Assembly: GCA_001724265.1 (NCBI GenBank)
Contig: MEDY01000023.1
Location: 1 to 64,000 of the forward strand
Source of the DNA: Rhizaria sp. SCN 62-66
Taxonomy: Eukaryota
DNA length: 64,000 nucleotides
Direction of reading: 5' to 3'
A program made the translations under genes and the position numbers. The notes beneath the pieces were generated by a model that had not been told where the DNA came from, ran no database searches, and saw nothing but the letters and a program-made list of their open reading frames with translations. Of the stretch, positions 11,952 through 24,648 are shown in pieces (within the stretch, counting starts at the first letter, position 1; every line of letters begins with the position of its first letter).

Positions 11952-14900
11952 ATGAGCCAACGCAAGCACTCCTGGCGCGCGCGCCCCAGCGCCGCGGACC
12001 TGGCGGTGCTGGCGGCGGCCGCGGAGGCGCGCTTCATGGTCTCCCGCGAGCTGGGGCCCACGCGCTTTGAGCTGCGCCCTATCAACACGGCGGGCGCCTC
12101 GACGAATGCCAACAATGCACCGCTAAACAACGCCTCTTTATCTTTTAGCGATGCAAGTGCCGCTGCGATCAATGCTCAGCAGCAGCAACAGCAACACCAG
12201 CCACAACCTAAGCGTTTTGTTGTCTCTATTGGTGGAGACCTTACATGCTCTTGTCACAGCAACGCAGCAGCACCGAATTCGACAGCTCCGAGTAGTGGCT
12301 CTAATACCACCGCTAGCAGCAGCGCCGGCTCTAGCTCTCTATCATCTTCGTCATCATCTTCACAACAACAGCAACAGCAGCCACAGTCTCTGCTGTGCGT
12401 GCACGTCGTCTACGTGCTCACTCACCTGTTCCGCGTGCCCGCCGGCTCCCCGCTGCTGTGGCAGCTGAGCCTTGTGGACCGCGAGGTGGACGCAATGCTG
12501 CGGGACAGGGAGCGCCATGCGCGCGCGCAGGCACTCGCGCGCACACGCAACAACAATAGCAACAACAACAACAACGGCCGTGCGAGTGGGAACAGTTCAC
12601 ATGCTGCGAGTGCGGCTGCGACAGTCACAAATACTGAACAGTCTCAGTCAGCTGATGGCGGCGGCAACGGCGAGCAGCGGCCTAACTTCGACTCGGCGCG
12701 GCCTGACTTGGTGCAGCGGCGGCTCGACTTGTTGCCCAACGGGGTCACGATCAAGACGCTGCGGCCGCGCTGCCTGCCGCCCGCGCCCGCGCTGGTGCTG
12801 GTGCCCACGATTGCGGCCGCCAGGGCTTTGGGCGCCGCTCACGCGTACAATGCCGCCGCCTCTGCCGCCGCCGCTGCCGCCGCCGCTGCCGCCGCTGCTG
12901 CCGCCGCTGCCGCCGCTGCTGCTGGTGCGGACGCGAGTGCGAGCCCGGATGCAGGCGACGACGATGACGAACGTGAGCTTGAGCAACAGCAGCAATAGCA
13001 GCAACATCAGCAGCACGAGCAACAAGAGCGAGAGAAACAGAGGCAGCTGTATCTGCAACAGCAACAGCGGCGACAGCGACTGTTACGCGCCAGCAACAGC
13101 AACAATAACAGGTCTAGTAACAATTGGTCGACTCGGTCCGGGGGCGGCGCTCTCTCCGCTGTCGCTGCCGAGGCCGCCGCCGCCGCGCTGCCGGTGCTGC
13201 TGCCGCCGCCGCCGCCGCTGTCCGCGCCCCCGAGCGCGGCGTTGCTGCCGATCCCGATAACCGTGAGCACAGGCTACTGGGCTGACGAACTGCTGCTTAC
13301 GGTCACCCCGTTGCCGGCGCTGCCCACAGTCGCTGCGGCGCCTGCGCTCACGGTCACAGGCACGGCCACGGCTGCGGCGGCGAATGATGGCGGCGCCAGG
13401 GAGAGCGAGACGGTGCGCGTGCCAGTCACGGACTGCAACGTGCTCTGCCAGTGCGAGTGCGAGCGCGAGTGCGGGTGCCGACAGGGAAATCGAGCGCAGA
13501 GCAGGCTGGCGCTGCTTCAAGCGCAGTCGCAGCTGCTTTGGCGCACCGGATGGTCGCTCAGGGACCTGGACGCACATACGCAGCATCTCAAACGCGTTAG
13601 CAACGGGTTACAGTCACAAAAGGGGGCGAACAACACGATTACGCTTGAATTTCCAACAGCAGGCGCGCCAAGTGCTGCGGCAGCGCGTTCTTCTGTTACT
13701 GGCGCGATTGCCAACGCAAGGGTCGAGGTTGCCGCCCCGACTGCAGCCTCCGCCGTTGAGACGATCACAGGCGCGCTCCTCGAGCGTCTGCCGCCGCTGC
13801 CACCCTTTACTCCGCTTTGTGCTCCGGATAATAAGGACGCTGGCGGCGCCTCGACCGCAGAGTCGGCCGGTACCGAGGCTGACGCAGAGCCCGTGGAGAC
13901 GGAGGCCGAGAGTGTGGATTGCTGCATTTGCTACGAAGCAATGACTTACCAGGAAGAGGTACGCGTACCTAAACAACGTCGATGATCAGAATTTCAACTC
14001 GTTTTGTGCTTTTATCTTATTTTTTGGGTTATTTTATCAAATTTCTCACACTTTTACTTTTTCTTTGCTTTTTTCTTGCCTCTCTCGCGCATACTTCGCT
14101 GGCTTACACGCGGTCATACTCTCAGCTTGACGGCGCTCTCTATCCGTGTTGGTCCTCTTGCGGCAACTACTTCCACGCGCACTGCCTGCTCACCTGGGTG
14201 CGCCACAACACCAAGCCGCGCTCCACATACCCGCACAGCAACAGCAGCGGCAGCGGGAACGTGCGGGGCGCGGGAGTCACGTGTCCCCTGTGTCGCGCCG
14301 AGCTCGAGTGGGCCGTCGCGGAGGCACTCGCAGAGATGGGCCGCCGGACCGAGAAAATCCGGGCCGCGCGCGGGGACGCGGCTGCGCGTGCGCTGGCGCA
14401 GCGGCGGCGTGGGTTTTGGGCAGGTACTTACGCAAGTAAGGGGCTCAGCAGCAGCTGCGCCAACATTCGTGGAGATATGAAGGTGTATCAGCAGTATATG
14501 GCTGCGGCGGTCGCCAGGTATGCGCTGGGCGAGGCTGCGGGAAGGCTGCTGCGGGTGCAGACGAGGATTGCGAATTTGCAGTCACTGCAACAGAAGCAAC
14601 AGCAGCACCACCAGCCGCCGCAGTCATCACACGCGTTGTCGCCGTGGCAACAGAAGCGTCAGCAATAGCATGTGCTTCACTCGCTCTTGCAGCTGCAGCC
14701 GCGGCTGCAAGCGCAGCTAAAGCAACAGCAGCAGCGCCTGTTGTTGCAACTCAAGCACTTGCAGTCACAGTCTTCGCAGACGACGCTGCAAGCCGGTAGT
14801 TCGCTGTCTCCGAGTGGAGTCGTTGTGCTCGGCGCGCGCCGCGTACTCACGACGACTGTGGGCACCTACACGTTTCCGTTACAAGCAGCAGCGGCATTAG

Positions 14901-17900
14901 GCGAGCTGACACAAGAGCAAGAGCAAGAGCAAGAGCGTCTGTACGAGACTGGGCTCGGGTTAGTTTCCTGGCCGAGCGTAGCTTACTTGCGACCGCACAG
15001 CAAACAGCTTTCACTGGCACCGACAGCGCCCGAAACAAAAGAAAAGGCGAATGCCGTTGCAGCAAGAACACGCAAGTCCTCTCTGTTACTCGCGACCTCC
15101 AGCAACACGCGCAGTGGCAGTTCCGGTCTTAACCGTTCAACTGCAGCGACTTCACCGAGCTCTTCACAGTCGCAGTCTAAGTTGCAGTCTGAGGCGCTGT
15201 GGCGGCGGGGGCGGGGGCTAGGCTCTTTGCACGGCCGCTGCACCCTGTGCGGGGCCGGGGGGCCGCCGAAGCCCTTGCACGAGGTCGAAGGCAGCGCAAG
15301 TACAACTGATAACACCTCAACGCAGATAACCACAACAATATCTAGCAGCAGCTCTGGTCTGGGTTTAAGCACTATTGCGAACACACGGTCCATGTCTCAC
15401 GCTGTTGTCCCAGGCTCTATCTCTGGCTCCAGCGGCTCAAACCCAACTGCTTTGGTTGTCGGCTCGAACAATCACAGTCTATCTGGGAGCGTTGTTGGTG
15501 GCATCACAGGCTCGGGTGTTGGCAGTGGGAGCATCAGTCTTTTTGTGTCGCCAACAAGCAGCAACACGAACGCGCACGTCGGAAACATCTGTAACAACTT
15601 GGGTTTGTCATCACAGCAGCGGCAACAACGGTTGCAACGATAGCGGCTGCGGCAACCGCAACAGCAGCAACAACAGCCGCTAGCTTTAGAGAGCAGCACA
15701 TTCCTCACTGTCAGCTCACACATTAGCAGCAGCAGCGGCCTTACTGCGAGTGGCGCTAATCACGACACGAACTCCAGTGGTTCCCCTCCTGTTGCAGCTG
15801 CTCCTGCTGCCGTGCCGCTGGTGTCGTGCCTGCGGTGTGCATGGGTCTCACTGTGCCACCCTTGCGTCGCGATAGTACTCGATAGCAACAGCAAGGCTGA
15901 CAGTAGCTCAAGCACGGTTGATTCTGCGGCATGCAATGATGACGACAACGAGGCCTTTCCCCTAAAGGCTGCAGACGCGAACAGTCCCGCCCGCTTGCTC
16001 TCTCTTCTGTCCCCCTGCGCTCCGGTGTACTCGTCATCTTGCCTCAGTGACGGCGAGCAGGAAGGGACAAAGGCGCACGTGTGGGCCTACAGGCACGATA
16101 TGGAGCTTGAATCAACATCAATTCCTCAAAAAAGCCCTGAGGATAGTCTGAAACAGGTTAGTTTTAATGAGTCCCCAAGGAAAGCAGCGCTAGCATCTTT
16201 GTTTGCGTCAATGACAGCTTTTGTATCTCAGAACAATGACAACAAGCGCGATGCTGCAATCACAAAGCAACACAACAATAAGAGCGTGAATGTTCACTCT
16301 CGCTCTGTGTTGCACTAGCCCTTACAACCCCAATTGCCTTCACAGCTCCTGCGCCGCACCGCCGCCGGCCGCCGCGCCTTGCTTCTTGCGCTCAGGGCCG
16401 GACTTCACAGTGCGGGCCGTTCGCTGCACTCCCTGTGCGGCCTGCAGGGGCTGAGCACTCTCGCAGACCTAAGCACGACTGGTGACGGTGAGAGCGCCTC
16501 TGTGAGCGCGTTTAGCATGCTTGTGAGCCCAGGTCTTGTCACTCAACAACAGCAAGATATTAACTGCGACGGGAGCACAAAAAGCAGTGATTGTGAGCCG
16601 AATGACGTACATAACTCCGAATCAGATCTCGGAGCTGCTCTTGACCTTGGTTCTGATACTAACTCTGACTCAGACTGCACTCAGCAACAGAGCCAGCAGT
16701 CGCGGTTTGTCTTAAGCAAGCAGCGGCGCCAGCGGGAGCAGCAGGGGCCGCGGCGGGCGCAACAGCAGTCTCGGTCTGTGCAGCGGCAGCGGCGCGCACA
16801 AGAGCGGCGCAGGCGGCAGCGGCTGTGGCAACAGGGAGCTCGAATCGCGTTGCACTGGTCTGATGACGATCACACTGAAGACACAGCAACTTTGTGCAGC
16901 AAAACCGAAGGCGGTGAAAACAATGTTGAGTCAGCGTTGTTTCGCGAGCTTTCTGACGCTTCTCTTGTCCTCACGCTGCCGTTGCCGCGCGCTCTTTTCT
17001 CGTTATCTCTTGAACAAAGCAATTTCGCTATGCTCGAGCTCCAGCGCGCGGCAGGGCTGCTCTCTGTGGGACCGCGGGCGCTTGCCACGGCGGCGCTGAA
17101 GTCGCTGGCGCAAGGTCACTTGGAACAGAGTAGCGCGGTAGCCCACTCAGAACTACAGGAGGCTGCTCAAAGTCACACTGCTGATGACGCGTCTGACAAT
17201 ACATGCATATATAAGCGTAGCTGCGGTGGGAGCGAGTCCAAATACCTCCGTTTGTGGCGTGTCGCCCCCGCGCTGTCTCCGCTACTCACCCCATGGCTTG
17301 GCTCCCAAAGCTCTTAGTTGCAGTCGCCGTCACGGCTGCAATCGCAGTCTCATCTTATCCTGCGGGGACACCACGCCGACTCGACTGGTATCGGTAGTGG
17401 CGAGGTTACTAGCGAGAGCTTGGAGGGCAAAACTGCGGTTTGGGGAGGCTTTTGGCCCAAGAACGACAGCTCCTGGGATAAAGGCTCTGAGTTACTGCTA
17501 AAAACACACAATACTAATCTCGATGACGTACGTGCTCTTGACGCGTGTGTGTGTGGCTCTGACAGTGTTGGTGAGTGTAAATGCGAGTGTAAGAGTAGCC
17601 GTGAGCAGCAACGTGATTGTGACGGCGACTGGGGCGTTTCTACCACCGTCGCGCTTTGTGACAATCGTAATAGCAGCAACGATGACAACACGTCACAGCA
17701 GAAGCCTTTGCTGGTACTCACAGTGAGCATTCCGCTTGCACCCATTGCTGCTGCGCTTTGCACTGGCATTGATAGTATTGACGCGAATCTCAATGAAGAC
17801 AACAATGACGGTGATGCAGCGAGGGACAAGACGAACAACATGAATGATTCGGAAATTTGCGTTGATAATGAAACGTCGTCTGCTGCTGTACGAGCTATTG

Positions 17901-20900
17901 CGACAAGCCTCGGCAGCGCAGCACACCGCGTCACCCAGTCGTTGCTGCTCCTGGCGTCTCTGCTAAGGAGCGTTAACAGGCAAGACATCTCTTGCGACAA
18001 GGCGTTTGGCGAAGTTGGCACATTAGAGGCGAATCAAGGCAATACTGCTGGGCTGCAGTCTTTATCTTGTGTTGACGCGAGCGCGAACGCGGAGGTTGAC
18101 TCTAATGTTGGTACTGTAGCCAAAGCTGCTCACGACGCTGATTCTGATTCTGCATCTGTTGTTTTCACTACTTCTCAAACATTCGGAGCGGAAGCAACAG
18201 CAGCTTCAGTGCCAGCAACAATGCTCTCGAGCGACTCATGTTGCGCGTGCTGCGGTGGCAAAATCGACGCGTTGACCCGCACTCAGGCTGACGCTGACAC
18301 GGAGTCCGAGCCCAGTCGCCTCCATTGCCGCTTCCCGTGCGGCCACCGCGCGCACGTGGCCTGTGCTGCGCTTGCCGTGGTTACGAGCGGGGCCACACTG
18401 CGCTGTCCTCACCGGTCGCACCACTACCTGCTCCACAAAGACTCTCCTTACAACAGTCACAGCAAGCTGAGAAGCAGTGTCTCGAGCTTTAACGCGCTGC
18501 CGCTGACGTCACCGCTGTTGATCGCGCTTGCCTGTCTCGGCCCCGCCGCTGCGAAGACAGTGATTTCAGCACTGCGCTATCTTTTAGCGCCGCAGCGCCG
18601 CAAGGACGCAGTGAAAGCCGCCGCCGCAGCCGCCGCAAAGGCCATCCTGTACCTGCCCCACGCACCGCAGAACAACGACAGCGCCGCAAGTGACACTGCG
18701 AGCAGTGTAGTCACGGCTGCGGCGACTGCGGCCGCAGTCTCCGCTCTGGACCTGAGCCCCGCACTGCGCACGCGCCTTGCTGCCCTGGGCCCGGCGCTTG
18801 CTGCGCTGCTGCGCGCGCGCGCGGCGGCGACGGGCCTCGCCGAGCGCAGTTTCCTGCTCGCGCAGCCCTGGGTGTTTCCGGGGCTGGCGCTGCCGCCCGG
18901 CGCGCTGGCGCTGGCGGCGGCGCTGGCCGCGGCGCGGGGCGCGGGGGAAAGGGCCGCGGCAGCGTTGCAGCTGCGTGCGCTAGCTCCTGAGAATCAGCAG
19001 CAGCTACTGCGACAGAAACAGAAAGATGCTACAGGCACTGAGATGGTTGTATCTCTGACAGCTGTTGGTCACAGTAATGCGAACAGCAAGGCTCGTGTTG
19101 GCGGTAAGCTTATGCAGGGACGAGTTCAACAGCATCAACAACGACATGGGAAGTCACAGCCTCAAGATCAGCATTCTCCGACTGCTTCACTGTCGCTTTC
19201 ATCGACGCCTTTGCTAGGCGATAATGCAAGTAAACACAGTAAGATTCAGGAGTTGCAGACCCATTCATAGGCTAAAGTCAAGACAAGCCGTCACGGAAGT
19301 CACTCTGGTGCCTTGGATGCAAGTCCCTTTAGTGGTATACTTGACCTCACAGTGGGTGGGACGTCCACAACAGTAGTAGCAGCACCAGGGGCAGATACAT
19401 CAGCTGCAACTGCGGCTGTCAAAGCTGGTCGCTTGTCGAAGGGCCTTACAACCAAGGGCTTATCAAAGGGGATTGTAAACGAAACTACAGGTAATCTAAG
19501 CTCACTGGTTAGCACCGCACCATTAGCGACCAATCTAGCGGCTGTTGGCGTTGTCAGTGCAGCAAGCATGCTCACAGTCGCTCCGTCTGCCGTAATTTAT
19601 CCGAGCATCGACGCGATTATTGAAAACAACATCAACGTTGATAGTTATCATCGCCGCGCTGAAAACGAAACCGACACTGAGACTGAAGCTGCAACGCAAT
19701 ACTTACAGCAGCAACACGAGCAGCAACAGCAGCGACAGCAGCGGCTGCAGGAACAGCAGCAACAACAACACGCATTGCTAGAGCTGTCAAAAGCTGCGGT
19801 GACAGCATCTTTAGCAGAGGCGGAAACACCTCTCGTTATTACAGCTCGCAACATTGATACAAGTCAAAACAACGTTGACGCTGATGTTGATGCTGCTGCC
19901 TCTTCTGAACGGGCTGAACATGATCCTCTTCTGCTGTCTCGAGTGCTGGAAAGAGGATCGGAGAGTCAAACAGAGGGTGACTGCTGGGATGTGCACTCCT
20001 TGCTCCCATCGCGTTTACGCGACTTGTCTCGGCCGTCAACGGCGTTGCCAGCAGCATCAACAGCCGCAGTAGTGAGTGTGCGGGCTGATGTCGAGACTCT
20101 ACATGCTAATGATGCTGCTGACGCGGATCATATGAACGGAGATGACAATGACGCAGATGAAGATGGGGATGATGAGGACGGAAGCGATGAGATCGACGAG
20201 CTTGTGTCAGATTTCCTCTCATTTCAACACGATTTTTCTCTTGGCACGCTATCCTTTGACGCGGACTCTGCTGGCAGCAACGATAGTGATGGAATCAATG
20301 TTGACACCAACGTCTTTAACGCCATCACGACTGACGACGCGAAGAGCGACCCCAAATACCACGTTGGTCGTCTTTACGGGAGCATTGACGACGAGTGCGA
20401 GCTCGAACCAGTGTTTGAGCATGATCATGAGCGCGAGCGCGAGCGCGATGCCGAACACGGCGCCGAACAAGTTCACGAGCGAGAACCAGAGCTGGAGCCG
20501 GAGCCGATGCCAGAGCACGACCAGCAACAGCATGAGCAGGCGTCCGAGCCCCGTTCAGCGTTAGATCCAGAACGGGTTGAGACGGTGACTGTTGTAGCTG
20601 AAGCGGCAACAGAGATTGATGTTCACGCCGGGTTTGAGGCTGCGATTGCTTCTGGTGTCATTGGTGACGATGAGAACGATAATGTGCTTGTCAGCGCCGG
20701 TGCCCATGATATTGAGCATGAGAGCGATTGTGAGCTTGAGCTGTCGTTTGACGCACGCGCATTAGCAGAAGCGCTTACACAAAACAACCAGAGCAGCAGT
20801 ACCCGAGATGCAAATAATATCACAACGACCAATGACTCTAGCATCAGTACGATCAATAGTGTTTCCTTCAGCAGTTATGTTGATGATGCTCCTGCTAGTC

Positions 20901-21808
20901 TCCGAGCCACTAGTATTAGCAACACTGACCGAAATAGTCGCAACTCTAGTCAAAGTTACACTTCTTTTGCGAGCGCCAGTTCTATCGCGAGCCAGAACGT
21001 TCGCGGAGGCAAAGTTGCGAGGGGCCGGCCTGCTGGTCCTTCAGTTACCGCGACTGAGAGCGCTAGTTTTAGAGCTGCCCTATTCACGACTGTCACCCCA
21101 GGTATTGGCGCTATTTCTTGTGCCGCTGTGCCAGGAAAGCTTGCGACAATCAAGCGGGCTGAAAACAAGAGCGCTAGCGCGAATGCTACGGCTCCGAACA
21201 CCAACGATGGCGCAAGTCACATTCATAGTCACGGTTTCACTGCGGCGAGTGCTGCAATGACCGGCGTCAGTCTAACTGGCTCCGGAGTGACTAGCAGCAG
21301 GCATAGTGGCTCTAGTGCCGGCACTAACGCTGTCAACGGCTCAGGTGTGCGTCAGAGGGGCCGCGCTCCGCTGGGCTCTCTCAAAGGCGCGCCGCAACTT
21401 CAGGACTCGACTTCGTTGAGTTCACAGTTACAGTCACCGTCGCATTCACTGCCACATTTGCACTCGCAGCAACTGCAGCAGCAGCAGCAGCAGCAACACC
21501 AGCGTTTGCATTCACCTCTGCAACAGCAGCAGCAGCAGCGACAGCAACTGCAACAACAGCCACAACAACAACAGTCATTTCTCCAGTTTGAGTTACGTTC
21601 GCATTCACTTAGCTTGCAGCCAGGGCCAAACACTAGCACCGCTGTGCCCGCACAGTCGCAGCTGCCGTTACGGGGCTCACAGTCAGCTCCAGTGGACTCT
21701 CAATCACTCCTGCAGCTCCCTCCAGTCCGCGGCGTCAGCAGCAATGCAAGTAACAGCAGCAGCAACGTTAGCAGCAATTCTGGAAGCAGTCACAAATGGA
21801 GGAACTGA
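11952..21808 (+). CDS. ZSWIM2: ZSWIM2/MEX-like E3 ligase (SWIM-RING-ZZ-RING), ~3229 aa if six in-frame TAG codons are read as sense
   Basis: Exons 11952-13958 and 14126-21808; ends TGA. SWIM: RELGPTRFELR..FVVSIG..CSC..LCVHVVYVL..LLWQLSLVDREV. RING1: CCICYE|..CWSSCGNYFHAHCLLTW..CPLCR. Split ZZ-like: HGRCTLC ... CLRCAWVSLCHPC. RING2: CCACC..PCGHRAHVAC..RCP. The ORF-track pieces are in one frame per exon, separated only by TAG at 12996, 14666, 15641, 16316, 17315 and 19268. Confidence 0.85.
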
Positions 21809-22305
21809 TGGTTGATTCACACGCAGATGTGTATTTCTCTCTATAGGATACTCTTTAATTTTTTTATTTAAAACTACACGCATACTTACAACTTAGTCCT
21901 ATCACTTGATAGTCATTCTACTTAGCAATAAACACCTTGTTCTGCAAAGAAACACAACTGATTTGAGAGACCATGTGTTAAGTGTATTTCTACATTCTAC
22001 TATGTATTGTTTTTGGATTCTCAATCAGAGCAGCATTAGCAATAACAGCAGCAGTGACTGTTAGTAGCGACAGATCTTGCGGCATATTCTTTGCTCTGGA
22101 ATAGGAAGACAGGAACACAAAATTTCATCAATAATTATCATCACATGCACTGAAACAACAACAATTATATACTATTATATCTATATCTCGAGACAGGAAA
22201 GCAAGACTACTCACAAGAATATTCTCACTCCGCTTCGAGTTGCATTTGCCCACCCTCGAGAGGTCCAGAGAGGCTTGACTAGTAAGCTCAAGACGGCTTA
22301 GCGGC

Positions 22306-23253
22306 TTAAGCGTTGTCGGAAGCGTTGTAGGACCCGATGCCGGAGGTGTCGAGGCCGACGGTGGCGTCGTGCTGGTAGAGGAACTTCTGGTACTCGTCGT
22401 CGCTCAACCCGTCGCGGTTCACGCCGCCCAGGAAGACCAGAGGGAAGACCAGCGCAGTCACCAGCGCGGCTGAAGAGAAACGGAGAAGGAATTGGGACAA
22501 GAGCAGAGTAGAGGTCGGGAATGAGCGGTTTTCAGAATAAAAGCAGTGGATAAAGGGATAAAGTAAGGCAATGTCGATCCAATATGACCAAACAAAGTAT
22601 AATCAAAGCATTTGACCACAAGTGCAATCGAAGAGATGACACGTACACCAGCCGGCCTTGAAGAAGATGAAGCCCCACTTGCGCATGTAGCAGTGCTCGT
22701 CATCGGTGCCGGGCGGGTTGAACACGTGCATGGCGCCGCCCTCGCACTCGGCGTAGAAGATGAGCATGGTGACCGGGTAGATGATGGCGAGTGCGTAGAG
22801 AGCGTAAATGGCGCCGCGCAGAAAGACGTTGCGGATGGTGACGCCCAAATAGCGCAGCACGCGGCGGTATTCCTGCGTAGGGATCGGCAGCGTCTTGCCC
22901 TGCAGGATCGCCTTGCGCACGCCGCCAGTGGTCGCGATGGTGACGAAGAAGACGAGGAGGAAGGTGCTGATGCCCAGGTCAGCGACGATGGGCGCGTCGG
23001 CGTAGTACACGCGGTGCCCGTCAATCGTCACAAAGCTCTCAGAGCGCCAGAGACCCGTGCGGTCGTGCGAGAGGAACGACAGCGCGGTGATGCCGAAGTT
23101 GATAATCCAGTTGGAGATGGAGACGAAGATGATGCTGATGATAAAGTGCTTCGAGCTCATCGCCTGCGCAGGCGTCTGCGAAATCGCCGCGCCGCCGCGG
23201 GTAAACGGGTCCGTGTCCAGGTAGCTGGACGCGCGGTCTTGGTCGCTCAGCAT
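22306..23253 (-). CDS. Multi-pass membrane protein, possibly DUF2456-like, at least 2 exons
   Basis: Exons 23253-22647 and 22469-22306; ends TAA. About four hydrophobic segments; LW..PIVADLGISTF..VRKAILQGK and C..KWGFIFFK resemble DUF2456 from memory only. 5' end uncertain. Confidence 0.65.
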
Positions 23254-23992
23254 CTGACTGTAGAGACGCAGAGGGTCAAGGCAGGGCGCGCCGCGAGGTC
23301 AGTGACAAAAAAGTGACGATAGTGAGGGCAGGAGGGACGGACGGGATACAGCGCGTTAAAAAAAGATTTGCAAAGTGTTCTTAAAATATATTATGAAGAG
23401 AGAAGTATAGACTTCGGATACCAAGCTCCGGAGTTTAAGTGTCGGAGTTAGCGGGAGATACAGCAAGTGCTAGATAGGACTTGCCTCGTCGTTCGAAGGC
23501 CAGCCACTCGAAGAAGAAGAGGAAGAGTTGTATTATCAACTCGCCGGCAACTTCCGAGTGGCGACTCGACCTCGCAACTAGCTCGATTTTATCGAGCGAA
23601 TGCACGCTTTTCTCTCGCACAGTCGTCCTGAGGGTCAATGTATGGAATTTAGATGTTGTTTTGCTACTATATTTATTTCTGCAAATGTCATCAGGAACGT
23701 TTTCACGCCAGTGTCTATCATTTTCTCACAGCCTCGCTGCTCCTCTCTCTCGCGCCGGATCTCAGGTCTTTTCCCCCCTTTCTGCAGCCCAGTAGCTGGT
23801 TGATCCTTTTGCGTGCACGCATCCCGCAGTTTTATTAGTCTCTGTATTTAATTTGTGCTCGCTTTACTCTCGCGCCGTCTCGGTAGAGCTCTCGAGAGGA
23901 CAGCGCACCTACACACTTGCACCGCCCTCTTTGCTAAAGCAACACCACTCGCGCTCTTGCGTGTGTGCTTAGAAACACAGACAACCAGCACA

Positions 23993-24610
23993 ATGAGCGG
24001 CGTGCTTGACGATTCTTCAGGTAACTCCGCGTCCGAAATCGACATCCCCGACCATGATCACGACGACCACTTTTACGCGCATGTCTCGCAACAACAACAA
24101 CACAACAACGGCGGCGGCAGTCGCAACAGCCACGGCTACTACAACAGCGGCGGCAGCAGGAGCGCGGCCGTGAGCAACAGCGCCACAGCCAACGCCGGTC
24201 GCGGCGGCCGCGGCCCGTTCTCGGCCCCGGCCCCAACTGCTGCGACGGCGACGGCGACGGCTCGGAGCAGCAACGGCGCCGGTGTCCGCGGCGGCGCTGA
24301 CACTGGCACGGCCGCGGGGGCGGCGGGGACGGCGGGAGCGGCCGGCACGGCGGCGACGGGGACGGGCGCAGCCAGCTCTATCAACAAGAGCGCGAGTGGC
24401 ACCGCAAAACCGATCCCCGCGCCCGCCGCCGCCACCGCCGCTGGTGCCGCCGCCGGTGTCGCCGGCGCTGCTGCTGCTGGTGCTGCTGCTGCGGGCGCGA
24501 ACGGTGCTGGCGTCTCGGTTGGCGACAACGACGACGACAACGATGACGACAACTCGAATGGTCCGTCTCTCCCCTCTGCGCTCGCCGCTTGTCCCAGCCT
24601 GAGCCCAAGT

Positions 24611-24648
<38 letters not shown>

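Noticed and set aside
11952-21808. ZSWIM2 region as a pseudogene or as seven separate genes
   Set aside because: Only TAG interrupts it, with no indels, TAA or TGA. Domain order is intact, the downstream pieces lack AT-rich intergenic spacers, and their track starts are mostly GTG/TTG.
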